Positions 32,172 to 42,561 are shown, numbered from the stretch's first letter. The stretch: DNA of 64,000 bases from Bdellovibrionota bacterium (GCA_041740355.1 JBGSMD010000030.1:64001-128000), one strand, 5' to 3'. Notes: generated by a model not told the origin, from the sequence alone. Numbers and translations are program-made.

Positions 32172-32522
32172 ATGACTAAATACCTTACTTTATTATCCAT
32201 CTTCTTACTTATTTCCACAACCGAGCTATTAGCGCAACAACCTGTAGCTACTGATTTGCCATTAACAGTTAAGTTAATGCAGATGGCTCCGATGTTTGTG
32301 ATAGTTTTCATGATTTTCTATTTCTTGGTTGTTAAGCCGCAAAACCAAAAATTAAAGACTCACCAACAATTGCTTTCAGATTTGAAATCTGGTGATCGTG
32401 TCATTACAACTGGTGGGATCTTAGGTAAAGTTGCTTCGATTGATGAAGAATCCATTAGCTTAGAGGTTGCCCCAAACGTTAAAATAAAGTTTGATAAAGA
32501 GTTTATTACAAAAAAAGTTTAA
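32172..32522 (+). CDS. yajC: preprotein translocase subunit YajC
   Basis: IFYFLVVKPQ, LKSGDRVITTGGILGKV; precedes secD. Confidence 0.96.
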   Translation: MTKYLTLLSIFLLISTTELLAQQPVATDLPLTVKLMQMAPMFVIVFMIFYFLVVKPQNQKLKTHQQLLSDLKSGDRVITTGGILGKVASIDEESISLEVAPNVKIKFDKEFITKKV

Positions 32523-32524
32523 TT

Positions 32525-34096
32525 ATGAATTCTAATTTAAAAAATCGAGCCATAATCTTTTTTGCTGTTGTGATTATAGCAGCCTTGTTCCTATTCCCAA
32601 CAGTAAATTCTGCCTATCGCAGTATCACTGGCCAAGGAGTTGCAGGGGAAGATAGCATTGTTAGTAAATGGTTTTCTAAGCCCATTTCTTTAGGCTTAGA
32701 TCTAAGTGGTGGAGTGCATTTAGTTTATCAGGTAGTTGGCGAAGAGGCTGTTACTTCTCGTCTCCAAACTGCGGCATCATCTTTTCGCGCGGAACTTAGA
32801 GCCGAGAAAATTGCTGTTACTAAAGCTCGTGTAACTCCAGGAAATTTATTAGAGATTAATTTACTCAGCTCTCGTCACTTGGAGAAAGCTAAAGAATTAA
32901 TGATCTCAAGTAATCGTGGGTATGAATTTGTTTCTGATGAGCAAGTCGGGTCAGGCTCAAAGCTTGTTTATCGAATCAGTGAATTAGAGCAAGTTAAGAT
33001 TAAGGACTCGGCCGTTAATCAAGCGATTGAAACCTTACGTGCTCGGGTTGACCAATTCGGTGTTGCGGAGCCATTAATACAAAAAGTTGGAACGGATCGA
33101 ATTTTACTGCAAATGCCTGGCATTCAAGATATTGAAGCAGTGAAAAAAGTAGTTGGAAAGATTGCAAAATTAGAATTTCGCTTATTACCTGGTAGTGGTG
33201 CTACGACAGATAATGTCAGTCTAAAAGATCGGGAAGGAGCTCCAATTCAAGTTGAAGACAGTGTACAAATGTCTGGGGAGTCAATTGATAATGCCACGGT
33301 CGGTTTCGATCCAAATGGACGAGTTGAGGTAATGCTAAGTTTCAATTCTGATGGAGCTAAAAACTTTGCTAATATTACGGGGTCAAATGTTGGTCGTAAT
33401 TTAGCAATTGTGCTGGACGGAGTTGTTTATTCTTCTCCTACAATTAATGAAAGAATTGCTGGTGGACGTTGCAGTATTACTGGAGCATTTCAAATTGAAG
33501 AAGCTAAGGAATTAGCACTTGTTTTAAGAGCAGGTGCATTACCTGCACCGCTTAAAGTTTTAGAAGAAAGAACAGTTGGTCCAAGCTTGGGCGCCGATTC
33601 AATTCGTAGCGGAGTTATGGCGATCTTAATTGGATTCTTAGCAATTCTCACTTTTATGGTTATTTATTATAAGAAATCTGGATTTGTTGCTGCTATTATT
33701 TTACTAGTTAATTTGTTTTTAATCTTAGGAGCTTTGTCCGCTTTTGGTGCAACATTAACTTTGCCGGGGCTAGCAGGTTTAGCTTTAACTATTGGTATGG
33801 CTGTTGATGCTAATATTATTAGCTTTGAGCGAATTAAAGAAGAGATGCGGAATGGTTCAGATCGCGACGCTTCAGTTTCAGAGGGATTTGCTAAAGCACT
33901 CAGTGCTATTTTAGATTCTAACTTTACTACACTTCTTGCTGGTGTGATTCTTTTCTATTTTGGAACTGGACCAATTCGAGGCTTTGCTGTGACTCTATCG
34001 ATCGGGGTACTTTCAACTGTTTTTTGTGCAACTTTCGTTGCTCAATTAGCTTTTGATTATTTTTCACTGAAAAATAAAAAAGGACTGTCGATTTAA
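32525..34096 (+). CDS. secD: protein translocase subunit SecD
   Basis: LGLDLSGG, RVDQFGVAEP, LRAGALPAP, VGPSLG, IGMAVDAN..FERIKEE. Confidence 0.98.
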   Translation: MNSNLKNRAIIFFAVVIIAALFLFPTVNSAYRSITGQGVAGEDSIVSKWFSKPISLGLDLSGGVHLVYQVVGEEAVTSRLQTAASSFRAELRAEKIAVTKARVTPGNLLEINLLSSRHLEKAKELMISSNRGYEFVSDEQVGSGSKLVYRISELEQVKIKDSAVNQAIETLRARVDQFGVAEPLIQKVGTDRILLQMPGIQDIEAVKKVVGKIAKLEFRLLPGSGATTDNVSLKDREGAPIQVEDSVQMSGESIDNATVGFDPNGRVEVMLSFNSDGAKNFANITGSNVGRNLAIVLDGVVYSSPTINERIAGGRCSITGAFQIEEAKELALVLRAGALPAPLKVLEERTVGPSLGADSIRSGVMAILIGFLAILTFMVIYYKKSGFVAAIILLVNLFLILGALSAFGATLTLPGLAGLALTIGMAVDANIISFERIKEEMRNGSDRDASVSEGFAKALSAILDSNFTTLLAGVILFYFGTGPIRGFAVTLSIGVLSTVFCATFVAQLAFDYFSLKNKKGLSI

Positions 34097-34100
34097 AACC

Positions 34101-34136
34101 ACCGTCATTCATTTTTTCTTAAAAATGAATGACGGT
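34101..34136. repeat. perfect 16-bp stem-loop between secD and secF
   Basis: ACCGTCATTCATTTTT-TCTT-AAAAATGAATGACGGT. Confidence 0.9.
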
Positions 34137-34162
34137 TAGTATAATTTAGACAATTTAAAACT

Positions 34163-35056
34163 ATGGAACTGATTTCAACTAAAACAAATATAAATTTTCT
34201 AAGTAAAGCAAAATATGCGATTGCACTATCAACTGTGCTTATCGCTTATTCATTATTCCTTTGGTTTTCAATGGGTGATACTAAGTACGGAGTTGATTAC
34301 ACTGGAGGTAATGAATTTATTATTTCTGCGCCATCAGCTAGCACGGATCAAATTAGAACAAGTTTAAAAGCTTCTGATATTGATGGTGCTGTTGTTCAAG
34401 AATTTGAGAAAGGTAGTGGAGAATATTCCATTCGTCTTTCCGCTAATTTTCAAGATACTCAAGTTCTTCAAGATAAAATCCTTACAAGTATTAAATCAAT
34501 TGAAGCTAATACTAAAATACTTAGTTCCAACTTTGTGGGACCTACAATTGGTGAAGAGTTAAGACGAAGTGCAATGATTGCTATTATTATTGGCTTAATA
34601 GGTATGTTGGCTTACATCTCTTACCGATTTGAGTTTGCTTTTGCGCTAGGGGCTGTTGTTGCTTTGACGCATGACGTAATCATTTCTTTAGGTGTTTATT
34701 TGTTTTTTGATTTGCCACTGAGCATGGCAACACTTGCGGCGGCTATGTCGATAGTTGGTTATTCCGTAAATGATACAATTATTATTTTTGACCGCGTTCG
34801 TGAAGAAATGACGAAACGAAAGGAGTTTGTGCTTGATGAAGTAGTTAACTACAGTGTTAATGCAACTTTATCTCGTACTATCATTACAAGTTTATTAACT
34901 CTTTTCTCAGCATTAGCCCTTTATGTTTTCGGTGGCGGAGCAATTAAAGAATTAGCCTTATTTCTTGTTGCTGGTATTATTGTTGGTTCTTACTCGACAA
35001 TCTTCATCGCATCTCCCGTTGCTCTTGCTTGGGAAAAATGGCGCGCGGGAAAGTAA
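34163..35056 (+). CDS. secF: protein translocase subunit SecF
   Basis: GVDYTGG, VGPTIG, YISYRFE, HDV, GYSVNDTIIIFDRVRE, GSYSTIFIASP. Confidence 0.98.
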   Translation: MELISTKTNINFLSKAKYAIALSTVLIAYSLFLWFSMGDTKYGVDYTGGNEFIISAPSASTDQIRTSLKASDIDGAVVQEFEKGSGEYSIRLSANFQDTQVLQDKILTSIKSIEANTKILSSNFVGPTIGEELRRSAMIAIIIGLIGMLAYISYRFEFAFALGAVVALTHDVIISLGVYLFFDLPLSMATLAAAMSIVGYSVNDTIIIFDRVREEMTKRKEFVLDEVVNYSVNATLSRTIITSLLTLFSALALYVFGGGAIKELALFLVAGIIVGSYSTIFIASPVALAWEKWRAGK

Positions 35057-35133
35057 TCTGATTTTAGCGAAAATTATCATCATTGGCGCTATTTAGAGTT
35101 AGGCATCACCTGTACTAAAGGGGAAATTTACTA

Positions 35134-36774
35134 ATGAAACTCAAAGTAACTGTTGCACAAATCACTAGTGATCCAGCTTGCTTTGAGGAAAATTTTCATA
35201 AGATCTCTAATGCTATTACTAAGGCTAAATCTGAAAATTCACAGTTAGTAGTATTCCCTGAGCTCGCTCTCTGTGGTTATGCTCATTTAGATCTAGCTAA
35301 AAGAGATAGTTTTCTAAAATCCAATCAAGAGTATCTTCAGCGACTACTTCCTTTAACAAAAAATCTAGCAGTAATAATTGGATTTGTGGACGCAGATTTT
35401 AATACACTGCAAGCTGAAGGAAAACCAATCCTATATAATTCTGCCGCTGTAATTGAAAATGGAATTTTAAAATCAATTATTAGAAAACAGCTACTTCCAA
35501 CATATGATATCTTTTTTGAAGAAAGATATTTTCGATCTGGAGCTGCTTCCAAGGTAATTACTATTGCTGGAGTAAAAGTCGGAATCGGAATTTGTGAAGA
35601 TCTCTGGGATCAAGGTTATAATCGTCAGATATATGAAAATTTAATTGCTGATGGCGCTGAGTTATTAGTTAATATTTCGGCCTCACCTTTTGAGCCAGCT
35701 AAACTTAGCAAGCGACTCGATTTAGTTCAACAGCTAGGAGAATTACCATTTATTTACACAAACCTAACTGGTTCGTTTGATGGCTATGACGGGGAAGTTG
35801 TTTTTGATGGGCAAAGTTTTATTAGCGGTACTAAAGGAAAATTATTTTACCTAGCCCCTGCTTGCCAAGAATCAATTTCTACAGTTGATCTCTCTGTTTC
35901 TGAACAAATTACATTTAATTTAGAAAATCCCCTGAAGGAGATTACTCAGGCTTTAATTTTAGGAATCCGTGAATACTTTCGGCGTTCTGGCTTAAAACGT
36001 GCTTATATTGGCTTGAGTGGGGGAATTGATTCGGCCCTAACAGTTGCTTTAGCAGTGCAGGCCTTAGGACCCACGAATGTAATCGGTATAACGATGCCAT
36101 CAGAGGTTACCTCTAAGGAAACAAAATCTGATGCACATCTCGTAGCAAATAATTTAGGAATTAAAATAGAAGAACGTCCTATCAAAAGTATGTATCAAAA
36201 TTGGTTAACTGATTTTCGTCAGATACATGGTTTTGAGCCAGAGCGTTTAACAAAGCAAAATATTCAAGCACGTTTTCGTGGAATGATTTTGATGGAATAC
36301 ACTAATCAAGATCGTGATGGCTTAGTCCTTAGTACTGGAAACAAAACTGAGTTAGCATTAGGATATTGCACGATGTACGGTGATATGTGTGGTGGACTGG
36401 CTGTAATTGCGGATCTTAGTAAGTTAAAAGTTTATCAGCTTTCAGATTATATTAATAAATCAAGTCATAAGGAACTTATTCCGCAAACTACAATCGATCG
36501 CCTGCCAACAGCAGAGTTAGAACTAGATCAAACTGATGCTGATAACTTACCAGCTGATTATGACATTCTCTCTCCATTAGTTGATGATTTAGTAGATCAT
36601 GAATTATCATTAGATCAATTGGAGCTTAAGTATGATCCAAGAATTATTCGCGAAACAGCCAGGCTGTTAAAGATCAATGAATTTAAGCGTCGCCAAGCTG
36701 CCCCTGGAATTCGTGTAACTGGTAAGGCTTTTGGTGTAGGCCGACGAATCCCAATTAGCCATGGGTCATACTAG
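35134..36774 (+). CDS. nadE: glutamine-dependent NAD+ synthetase
   Basis: CN-hydrolase domain (FPEL, K.LLPTY, ICEDLW) plus GLSGGIDS, QNIQAR, TGNKTE, PTAEL, EFKRRQ. Confidence 0.97.
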   Translation: MKLKVTVAQITSDPACFEENFHKISNAITKAKSENSQLVVFPELALCGYAHLDLAKRDSFLKSNQEYLQRLLPLTKNLAVIIGFVDADFNTLQAEGKPILYNSAAVIENGILKSIIRKQLLPTYDIFFEERYFRSGAASKVITIAGVKVGIGICEDLWDQGYNRQIYENLIADGAELLVNISASPFEPAKLSKRLDLVQQLGELPFIYTNLTGSFDGYDGEVVFDGQSFISGTKGKLFYLAPACQESISTVDLSVSEQITFNLENPLKEITQALILGIREYFRRSGLKRAYIGLSGGIDSALTVALAVQALGPTNVIGITMPSEVTSKETKSDAHLVANNLGIKIEERPIKSMYQNWLTDFRQIHGFEPERLTKQNIQARFRGMILMEYTNQDRDGLVLSTGNKTELALGYCTMYGDMCGGLAVIADLSKLKVYQLSDYINKSSHKELIPQTTIDRLPTAELELDQTDADNLPADYDILSPLVDDLVDHELSLDQLELKYDPRIIRETARLLKINEFKRRQAAPGIRVTGKAFGVGRRIPISHGSY

Positions 36775-36845
36775 TTCTCCCCTTTTGGGTCGCATTAGAT
36801 AAACTAATTATCATTTGCAATTCTTGGCGTCCCAAAAGGGGAGAA
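36775..36845. repeat. 71-bp element with 19-bp terminal inverted repeats (possible MITE or bidirectional terminator)
   Basis: TTCTCCCCTTTTGGGTCGC ... GCGTCCCAAAAGGGGAGAA (18/19), 33-nt spacer, between convergent nadE and fadJ. Confidence 0.75.
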
Positions 36846-36964
36846 TTGGGAAGCAGAAAGAACGTATTGTAAACCCAAAACTAAATTCCTAAAAAGAGTT
36901 GATCGGATCACAATATAGGTATTCGTGATTTCACTAAGATTAATTGATGCTAGTAATTAATCTT

Positions 36965-39082
36965 CTACTCATAAAATCCGATTCCTTTTTCCGCTCTCGT
37001 TAGAATCCCTGTTACCGGTCGAAAGCGGGCATCGATCTGACGCTCTAAGCTTTGCATCATATGTACTAATTTAGCAGCGCCAATACTGTTGGCATAGTAA
37101 ATTACTCCACCCCTAAATGCTGGAAAGCCTGTACCCATAACAGTTCCTAGATCGATTTGCCTGGCAGCATCACGTCCAGGAGTTCCTGCCACGCCTTCAT
37201 CTAAGCACAGCACTGCTTCATTAATTAAACTTAGAATTAAACGATCTTGAATATGCTGAGTATCGTTTGGTTTGAAGGTTTTAATTTCTAAGATGTCATA
37301 TACTTTCGGATCTAAAACTGCTTTTTTAGTTTGATAGTTATAGAAACCCAAGGAACTTTTCTTTCCAATCCGATCTGCTAACAGTAATTTTTCAACATGA
37401 TTAGGTGCCGCCATTCTTTTGCCATAACCATTAATCATCGTTTTGTAGACATGACTAGCAACGTCTAATCCTATTTGGTCAAGGAGTCTAATCGGACCCA
37501 TTGGTAACCCAAAGTTTAAAGCAGCATTATCGATATCAGGAATTGTGAAGCCATCTTGTAATAAAAATGCTGCTTCGTTTAAGTAGGCACTGAGAATTCG
37601 ATTAACTAGAAAGCCAGGAACATCTTCTACGACGATTGGAAATTTACCGATTTTCGTAGCTAGGGCGGCAATTAAACAAATAGTCTGATCACTAGTTTGA
37701 TGACCACGAATAATTTCAACTAAGGGTAACTGTGGGACTGGATTAAAGAAATGCATTCCAACAACCCGTTCTGGATTAGGGATATGATTGGCAATTTCAG
37801 TAATAGAAAGCGATGAGGTATTAGAAGCGATGATGGCATTAGGCGCAACTCGACAAGCAGCTTCCTCTAGGATTATAGATTTTAATTCTAAGTTTTCAAA
37901 AATTGCTTCGATTACAAAATTTACTTTTGCTAAGGCATCTTCCGTGTATTCTGTTATGCCCCTGACGCTTTGTAGGATATTTGCTTGATCCTGCTCAGTT
38001 AGTGATTGTCTGTAACTTAAATTCTTTTTTATTGTTTCTAGTCCGGCATTAATTGCTTCTTGTTTTGTATCTTTAAGAATTACAGGGTATTGATTGCGAG
38101 CTAATTCCCCCGCAATCCCAGCACCCATAATTCCAGAACCAATAACTAAAGTATTTAGATTCTTAATATATTCTTTGGCAGACTTTCCAATTCCTTTAGC
38201 ATTTTCAGAAAGGAAAAATAAATTTGCTAATGCCTTACATTCGGGTGTAACAATCAATTCACCTAGTCCACGTGCTTCATAAATGAACCCTTTAGTCTTG
38301 CCTTCCGCTAGTCCATATAGCACACAGTCTAAAGCTCTAAGCGGTGCAGGATAGTGTCCATTCGTTTTTTTTAGTAAATCTTTTTTAGCAATATTCGCAA
38401 CAAAGTTACGGATAAAAGGTATCTTTGTAATTAAATTATCCTTAAAGCTCATTCTTGGTTTTACAGAACTTGGATTGTTGATTAATCCTTCGGCAGCAGT
38501 AATTAAATCCTTGTACGCAACTACCGCATCTACAAGGCCTACTTTTTTCGCTTTCCAAGAACGCAGTACATTCCCAGATAGAATAATTTTTAAAGATTCC
38601 GTTAATCCAATTAATCTGGGCAGTCTTTGAGTACCACCAAATCCAGGTAGAATTCCAATCTTAACTTCCGGAAGTCCAATTGAACTTTTATCATTGTCCG
38701 AGATAACTCTAAATGAGCAGGCTAGTGCTAATTCACAAGCGCCACCAACGCAAGGACCACTAATTGCAGCTACCGTTTTAATTGGCAAATTCTCAATTAG
38801 ATTAAAAACATCTTGTCCTTTTTTCGCCAGGGCTTGACCTTCGTTTGCATCAGCAATCGCTTGAATCACGTTAATATCAGCACCAGCTGAAAACATCCCC
38901 TCAGAATTTCCAGCAATGATCAAACCTTTTGGTAGGTCCTTGGCAATTGAGATTAATGTTTCTTCTAGTTTTTCAAGTCTTTCACGGCTAAGGATAATTA
39001 CTTTTTCCTCTGGTAGCCCTAGCCGAATTAAACCAATACCGGAAGAAAGTTTTTCATATGAAATCAGATTGTAACTAGTCAT
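36965..39082 (-). CDS. fadJ: fatty acid oxidation complex alpha subunit (enoyl-CoA hydratase / 3-hydroxyacyl-CoA dehydrogenase)
   Basis: FSAGADI, GLPEVKIGILPGFGGTQRLPR, GSGIMGAGIA, ASNTSSLSI, GMHFFNPV, GFPAFRGG. Confidence 0.92.
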   Translation of the reverse strand: MTSYNLISYEKLSSGIGLIRLGLPEEKVIILSRERLEKLEETLISIAKDLPKGLIIAGNSEGMFSAGADINVIQAIADANEGQALAKKGQDVFNLIENLPIKTVAAISGPCVGGACELALACSFRVISDNDKSSIGLPEVKIGILPGFGGTQRLPRLIGLTESLKIILSGNVLRSWKAKKVGLVDAVVAYKDLITAAEGLINNPSSVKPRMSFKDNLITKIPFIRNFVANIAKKDLLKKTNGHYPAPLRALDCVLYGLAEGKTKGFIYEARGLGELIVTPECKALANLFFLSENAKGIGKSAKEYIKNLNTLVIGSGIMGAGIAGELARNQYPVILKDTKQEAINAGLETIKKNLSYRQSLTEQDQANILQSVRGITEYTEDALAKVNFVIEAIFENLELKSIILEEAACRVAPNAIIASNTSSLSITEIANHIPNPERVVGMHFFNPVPQLPLVEIIRGHQTSDQTICLIAALATKIGKFPIVVEDVPGFLVNRILSAYLNEAAFLLQDGFTIPDIDNAALNFGLPMGPIRLLDQIGLDVASHVYKTMINGYGKRMAAPNHVEKLLLADRIGKKSSLGFYNYQTKKAVLDPKVYDILEIKTFKPNDTQHIQDRLILSLINEAVLCLDEGVAGTPGRDAARQIDLGTVMGTGFPAFRGGVIYYANSIGAAKLVHMMQSLERQIDARFRPVTGILTRAEKGIGFYE

Positions 39083-39471
39083 ATTAAGTAAAGCAGTAAT
39101 AGATTTATGAGGTACTGAAAAAATTACACAGTATTTGATTTTCTGCGACTAAAAATGACTACGCCATTATTTAGGTCGCTCTACGACTTTTCGTTTTAGA
39201 CAAAACTTAATGTCGCTGGATACAATAATAGCCTAGAAATGCTTAATTCATAAGATACAAAGTTAGTATTTTCAACAATTTTTACTCTTTTTTGTGATAT
39301 ACTAGCTGACTTTGAAAACTACCATTTAAATCTGTTCACCTAGCATCTCAAGCACAGCATACTCTAAGCGACTTTCTTGGGGTCTTTAGTTTTTATACTT
39401 ACAAGCTAAGCTTACTAACTGAGGGGGTTTAATGATTCTAACCTTAGTGGCGACAGGCTTTTAAAAAATTC

Positions 39472-40476
39472 TTAATCAAGTTTGATATAGTAAAGCGGAT
39501 GGTCACTAGCATCTTTATCGATTGCCAGCATTTTTACTGAGATTTTTTTCCGTTCCGACTTAGACATTTGATCTAAGCTTTGTTGCGATATCAAAATATC
39601 ATCAATTCTTTTAAATTTTTTGAAGGGCTTTGCTAATTGCTTCGGACCAATCTCAGCTTGTTGTAAAAGACTGATGTATTCTGCTTGATCTGAGAACTTT
39701 AAGTTGCAACTGGCGGTATGGTCTTTAGAAAGCGAGCAAAGTTTTTGTTGAAAGTGTGAAAGGTCTAACTCTCCCGCAAGTACTTTAGAACTTGCCGAAT
39801 AATTATCACTATTACGGTCTCCAAGTAGGATGAATACTCGAGTAGGATTTTGGTTTTCTACCTCTCTTGCAATATCATACAAACCCTGCGCCATTTGCAC
39901 GCGATCATACTCAAAACCAAATTTAGCACTATCAAAACTATTAAATGCTGCAATCGATTTAAAATGAAAATTAAACAAAGTTAATTTCCTTCCCGTTCTT
40001 ATTTCTGTAAGATCTATTCGCAGTGGACCTCGGGAAAAATATCGGTTTTTCTCCCAACGAGTTATTGGTTTTAGTAGGTAATAGCTATATGATAAAGCAA
40101 AGTCTAAATGAAAAAGATCTGCTCTGAAAATGTATCCTTGTTTTGATAATGGATCGTTCGATCTGCCCGAAAGTACCAGATACTTTTTTTTTGTTAACTC
40201 TGCAAGGCTTGAGGCTAATAGTTCTAAAACTTTCACAGCTTCTGATGGATTTTTAGAAATTACTTCTTGTGTAGCAATTAAATCACATTTTGCCTGCCAA
40301 AACCTTTTGGCCAGGGCCAGTCTTTGTTTATCTAGTTGTGCCTCTGATTTTTCTGTTCTTTCCGCTACTGTCTTTACATATCCAAAATTTCCTAGGTTCT
40401 GAGTGCAGATTCTTATGGAAGCATAGGATGGTTGAGCTAATAAGAAGCTAATGAATATAATAAACTTGAGAAACAT
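39472..40476 (-). CDS. exported endonuclease/exonuclease/phosphatase (EEP) family protein
   Basis: Signal peptide; TQNLGN, DLIATQEV, NFHFKS, LGDRN, RIDDI, ASDHPL. Confidence 0.85.
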   Translation of the reverse strand: MFLKFIIFISFLLAQPSYASIRICTQNLGNFGYVKTVAERTEKSEAQLDKQRLALAKRFWQAKCDLIATQEVISKNPSEAVKVLELLASSLAELTKKKYLVLSGRSNDPLSKQGYIFRADLFHLDFALSYSYYLLKPITRWEKNRYFSRGPLRIDLTEIRTGRKLTLFNFHFKSIAAFNSFDSAKFGFEYDRVQMAQGLYDIAREVENQNPTRVFILLGDRNSDNYSASSKVLAGELDLSHFQQKLCSLSKDHTASCNLKFSDQAEYISLLQQAEIGPKQLAKPFKKFKRIDDILISQQSLDQMSKSERKKISVKMLAIDKDASDHPLYYIKLD

Positions 40477-41091
40477 TTAGGCAACTTTAAATTTACGACG
40501 GGAGACAACTCTTTCTAGAGATCTCAAATATAAATCAACTGGGGTATCACTTGCTAGTGCTGATTTTACTCGGCTGATGGCTAAAGATCCAATCAGAATG
40601 GCATCAACTATATCTTGGTGTTTCTTTAGGTTTTCAGAGGAAGAACTAAAACCAATTCGTTCTAAATTATTTTTTTGAGTTTTTTCAACTATTCCTACGG
40701 CCAGATCTTTAACGATGGTTCGTTCTAACTGTTTGCCCCGTAATCCCATAATTTCGTATTGAATTGTTCGGGGGTTAATTCTTCCAGGAACCTGAATATT
40801 TAATTCTCTAGCAAGAGCTTCAAAGATACACCTTACTTGTTCAACTTTAAAGGCAGCAGAGGGATCTTTCATTGAGGTGGGAGACTCACAGATTAAAATG
40901 TCATCTTTTGTTAATTTAAGATTTTTTAAAAGATCATTTACTTGAGTTTGTAAGTTGTCTAGGCGGATGGCTAGAGTATGAATGGAAGGAAGTGGTTTAA
41001 TTTTACCCACACCCAATAATCGTTCTGATTGGACATCAAATAGTGCCCAACCAGTACAAGTTATACTTGGATCAATAGCTACTAATCGCAA
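40477..41091 (-). CDS. divergent RuvC-like Holliday junction resolvase
   Basis: LVAIDPSITCTGWA, ICESP, INPRT, HQDIVDAILIG give the RuvC D-E-D-D pattern; no ruvAB nearby. Confidence 0.8.
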   Translation of the reverse strand: MRLVAIDPSITCTGWALFDVQSERLLGVGKIKPLPSIHTLAIRLDNLQTQVNDLLKNLKLTKDDILICESPTSMKDPSAAFKVEQVRCIFEALARELNIQVPGRINPRTIQYEIMGLRGKQLERTIVKDLAVGIVEKTQKNNLERIGFSSSSENLKKHQDIVDAILIGSLAISRVKSALASDTPVDLYLRSLERVVSRRKFKVA

Positions 41092-41142
41092 TTAAACCCT
41101 CTGGAAATAAAATTTGTGGAGGGCGAGCGTAATCTTGGTATT

Positions 41143-41172
41143 TTTATCAGACTTAGCCCTGGCGAAGTCTGA
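41143..41172 (-). repeat. 30-nt hairpin element, covariant copy
   Basis: Minus strand TCAGACTTCGCCAGGGCTAAGTCTGATAAA, aligned to the family consensus with compensatory stem changes. Confidence 0.7.
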
Positions 41173-41259
41173 AGCCAAGTTACGCCGTAGAAGACAAAAC
41201 CAATACTCACCGCCGAGTTGCGTCGGGTTTGGTAGTATTTTCTACGGCAAAACCTGTTT

Positions 41260-41319
41260 TCCACCTCCGCTTCCCCCTTCGCTAAAGCTGCGGAGGACAA
41301 GAAAGCTATGGCGGACAAG
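41260..41319 (+). repeat. two nested 30-nt hairpin elements
   Basis: Outer TCCACCTCCGCT|AAAGCTATGGCGGACAAG is interrupted by inner TCCCCCTTCGCTAAAGCTGCGGAGGACAAG (41272-41301). Confidence 0.9.
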
Positions 41320-41346
41320 GTAACAGGATTTTGCTCGTTCCCCCTT

Positions 41347-41375
41347 CTTTTCATTTTATTATCAAAAATGAAAAG
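41347..41375. other. AT-rich hairpin just downstream of recA
   Basis: CTTTTCATTTT-N7-AAAATGAAAAG; no clear U-tract on the minus strand. Confidence 0.5.
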
Positions 41376-41391
41376 CTGTGAGTATATATCC

Positions 41392-42489
41392 TTATGCTAC
41401 TTTTTTTGTAGTCTTTTTACCTTTGACATCATCTTCTTTTTCCAGGCCCGCAGGATTTTCAATTAGATTAAACGCTACTTCTTTTGCGCTGGGCTTGTCA
41501 TTACCAACATCTAAAGTTTCCAAAATTAATCTCTTCATCTCTTGAGTTAGTTCTGGATTCTGAGTCATGTATTCCTTAGCACCTTCACGTCCTTGTCCCA
41601 GTCTTTCTCCTTTATAAGAGTACCAAGCGCCAGACTTATCGATAATGCCTTGGGTCACACCAAGATCTAGAATCTCGCCAATTTGATTAATACCTTCATT
41701 GAAGATGATATCAAACTCAGCTTCACGGAATGGAGGAGCAACTTTATTTTTTACAACCTTCACACGAGTTCTGCTGCCACTAACAACATCATTCTCTTTA
41801 ATTGAAGCAATTCTTCGGATATCCATCCGAACACTACTGTAAAACTTCAGTGCATTTCCACCAGCTGTTGTTTCGGGCGATCCAAACATCACACCAATCT
41901 TCATTCGAATTTGGTTAATAAACAGAATTGAACAATTTGCTTTATGAGTATGAGCCGTTAACTTTCTTAGGCCTTTACTCATTAAGCGGGCTTGCATCCC
42001 AGGTTGCATGTCAGTCATTTCGCCATCAATTTCGGCACGTGGTGTTAAGGCTGCAACTGAGTCGATAATTACGAATTGCACTGCACCAGAAAGAATTAAT
42101 GCTTCACAAATTTCTAATGCTTGCTCTCCACAATCTGGTTGGCTGACTAATAATTTAGAAGTATCAACACCAAGTTTTTTAGCATATCCAACATCAAGTG
42201 CGTGTTCGGCATCAATAAATACTACTGTTCCACCAGTTTTTTGAACTTCAGCAGCGATGTGCAGTGCTAGCGTTGTTTTACCTGAGGATTCTGGTCCATA
42301 GATCTCACAGATTCTTCCTTTAGGAAGACCGCCTATTCCTAGGGCAATATCCAAACCCAAACTTCCTGTTGAGTAGGATTCAATTTTCTCATGTGGCTTA
42401 TCACCTAAGTTCATGATTGTGCCTTTGCCATATCTTTTTTCGAGTTGGCTAATAGCAGTCTCTAATTCTCTTGTTTTATTGTCTGTCAT
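41392..42489 (-). CDS. recA: recombinase RecA
   Basis: [55 protein letters not shown]. Confidence 0.99.
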   Translation of the reverse strand: MTDNKTRELETAISQLEKRYGKGTIMNLGDKPHEKIESYSTGSLGLDIALGIGGLPKGRICEIYGPESSGKTTLALHIAAEVQKTGGTVVFIDAEHALDVGYAKKLGVDTSKLLVSQPDCGEQALEICEALILSGAVQFVIIDSVAALTPRAEIDGEMTDMQPGMQARLMSKGLRKLTAHTHKANCSILFINQIRMKIGVMFGSPETTAGGNALKFYSSVRMDIRRIASIKENDVVSGSRTRVKVVKNKVAPPFREAEFDIIFNEGINQIGEILDLGVTQGIIDKSGAWYSYKGERLGQGREGAKEYMTQNPELTQEMKRLILETLDVGNDKPSAKEVAFNLIENPAGLEKEDDVKGKKTTKKVA

Positions 42490-42561
42490 GTTTATTTCCT
42501 TTTACAAATACTGCAAGTCATTTAGCGATTAGCTAAAGTCTTAAAATCTTTTTAAATATTA

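Larger units (their letters stand above)
41118..41343 (+). mobile_element. GC-rich structured element folding into a four-way junction, carrying three 30-nt insertions
   Basis: Four stems: 41118-26/41335-43, 41129-39/41174-83, 41186-94/41238-46, 41249-58/41322-32, each separated by a GC dinucleotide. G-T wobbles favour the + strand. Confidence 0.7.

Noticed and set aside
39083-39471. Long intergenic gap upstream of fadJ (possible fadI remnant or ncRNA)
   Set aside because: No recognisable thiolase remnant or convincing structure by eye.
40477-41091. TnpB/Cas12-like RNA-guided nuclease using the adjacent structured element as guide
   Set aside because: The protein is only 204 aa, starts at the first RuvC strand and has no WED/REC or zinc-finger region; it matches a stand-alone resolvase.
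41082-41354. Overlapping short ORFs 41082-41354(-) and 41114-41323(+)
   Set aside because: They translate the repeat mosaic (LSAIAF..ALAK, PPSLKLRRT) and are open because the region is GC-rich.
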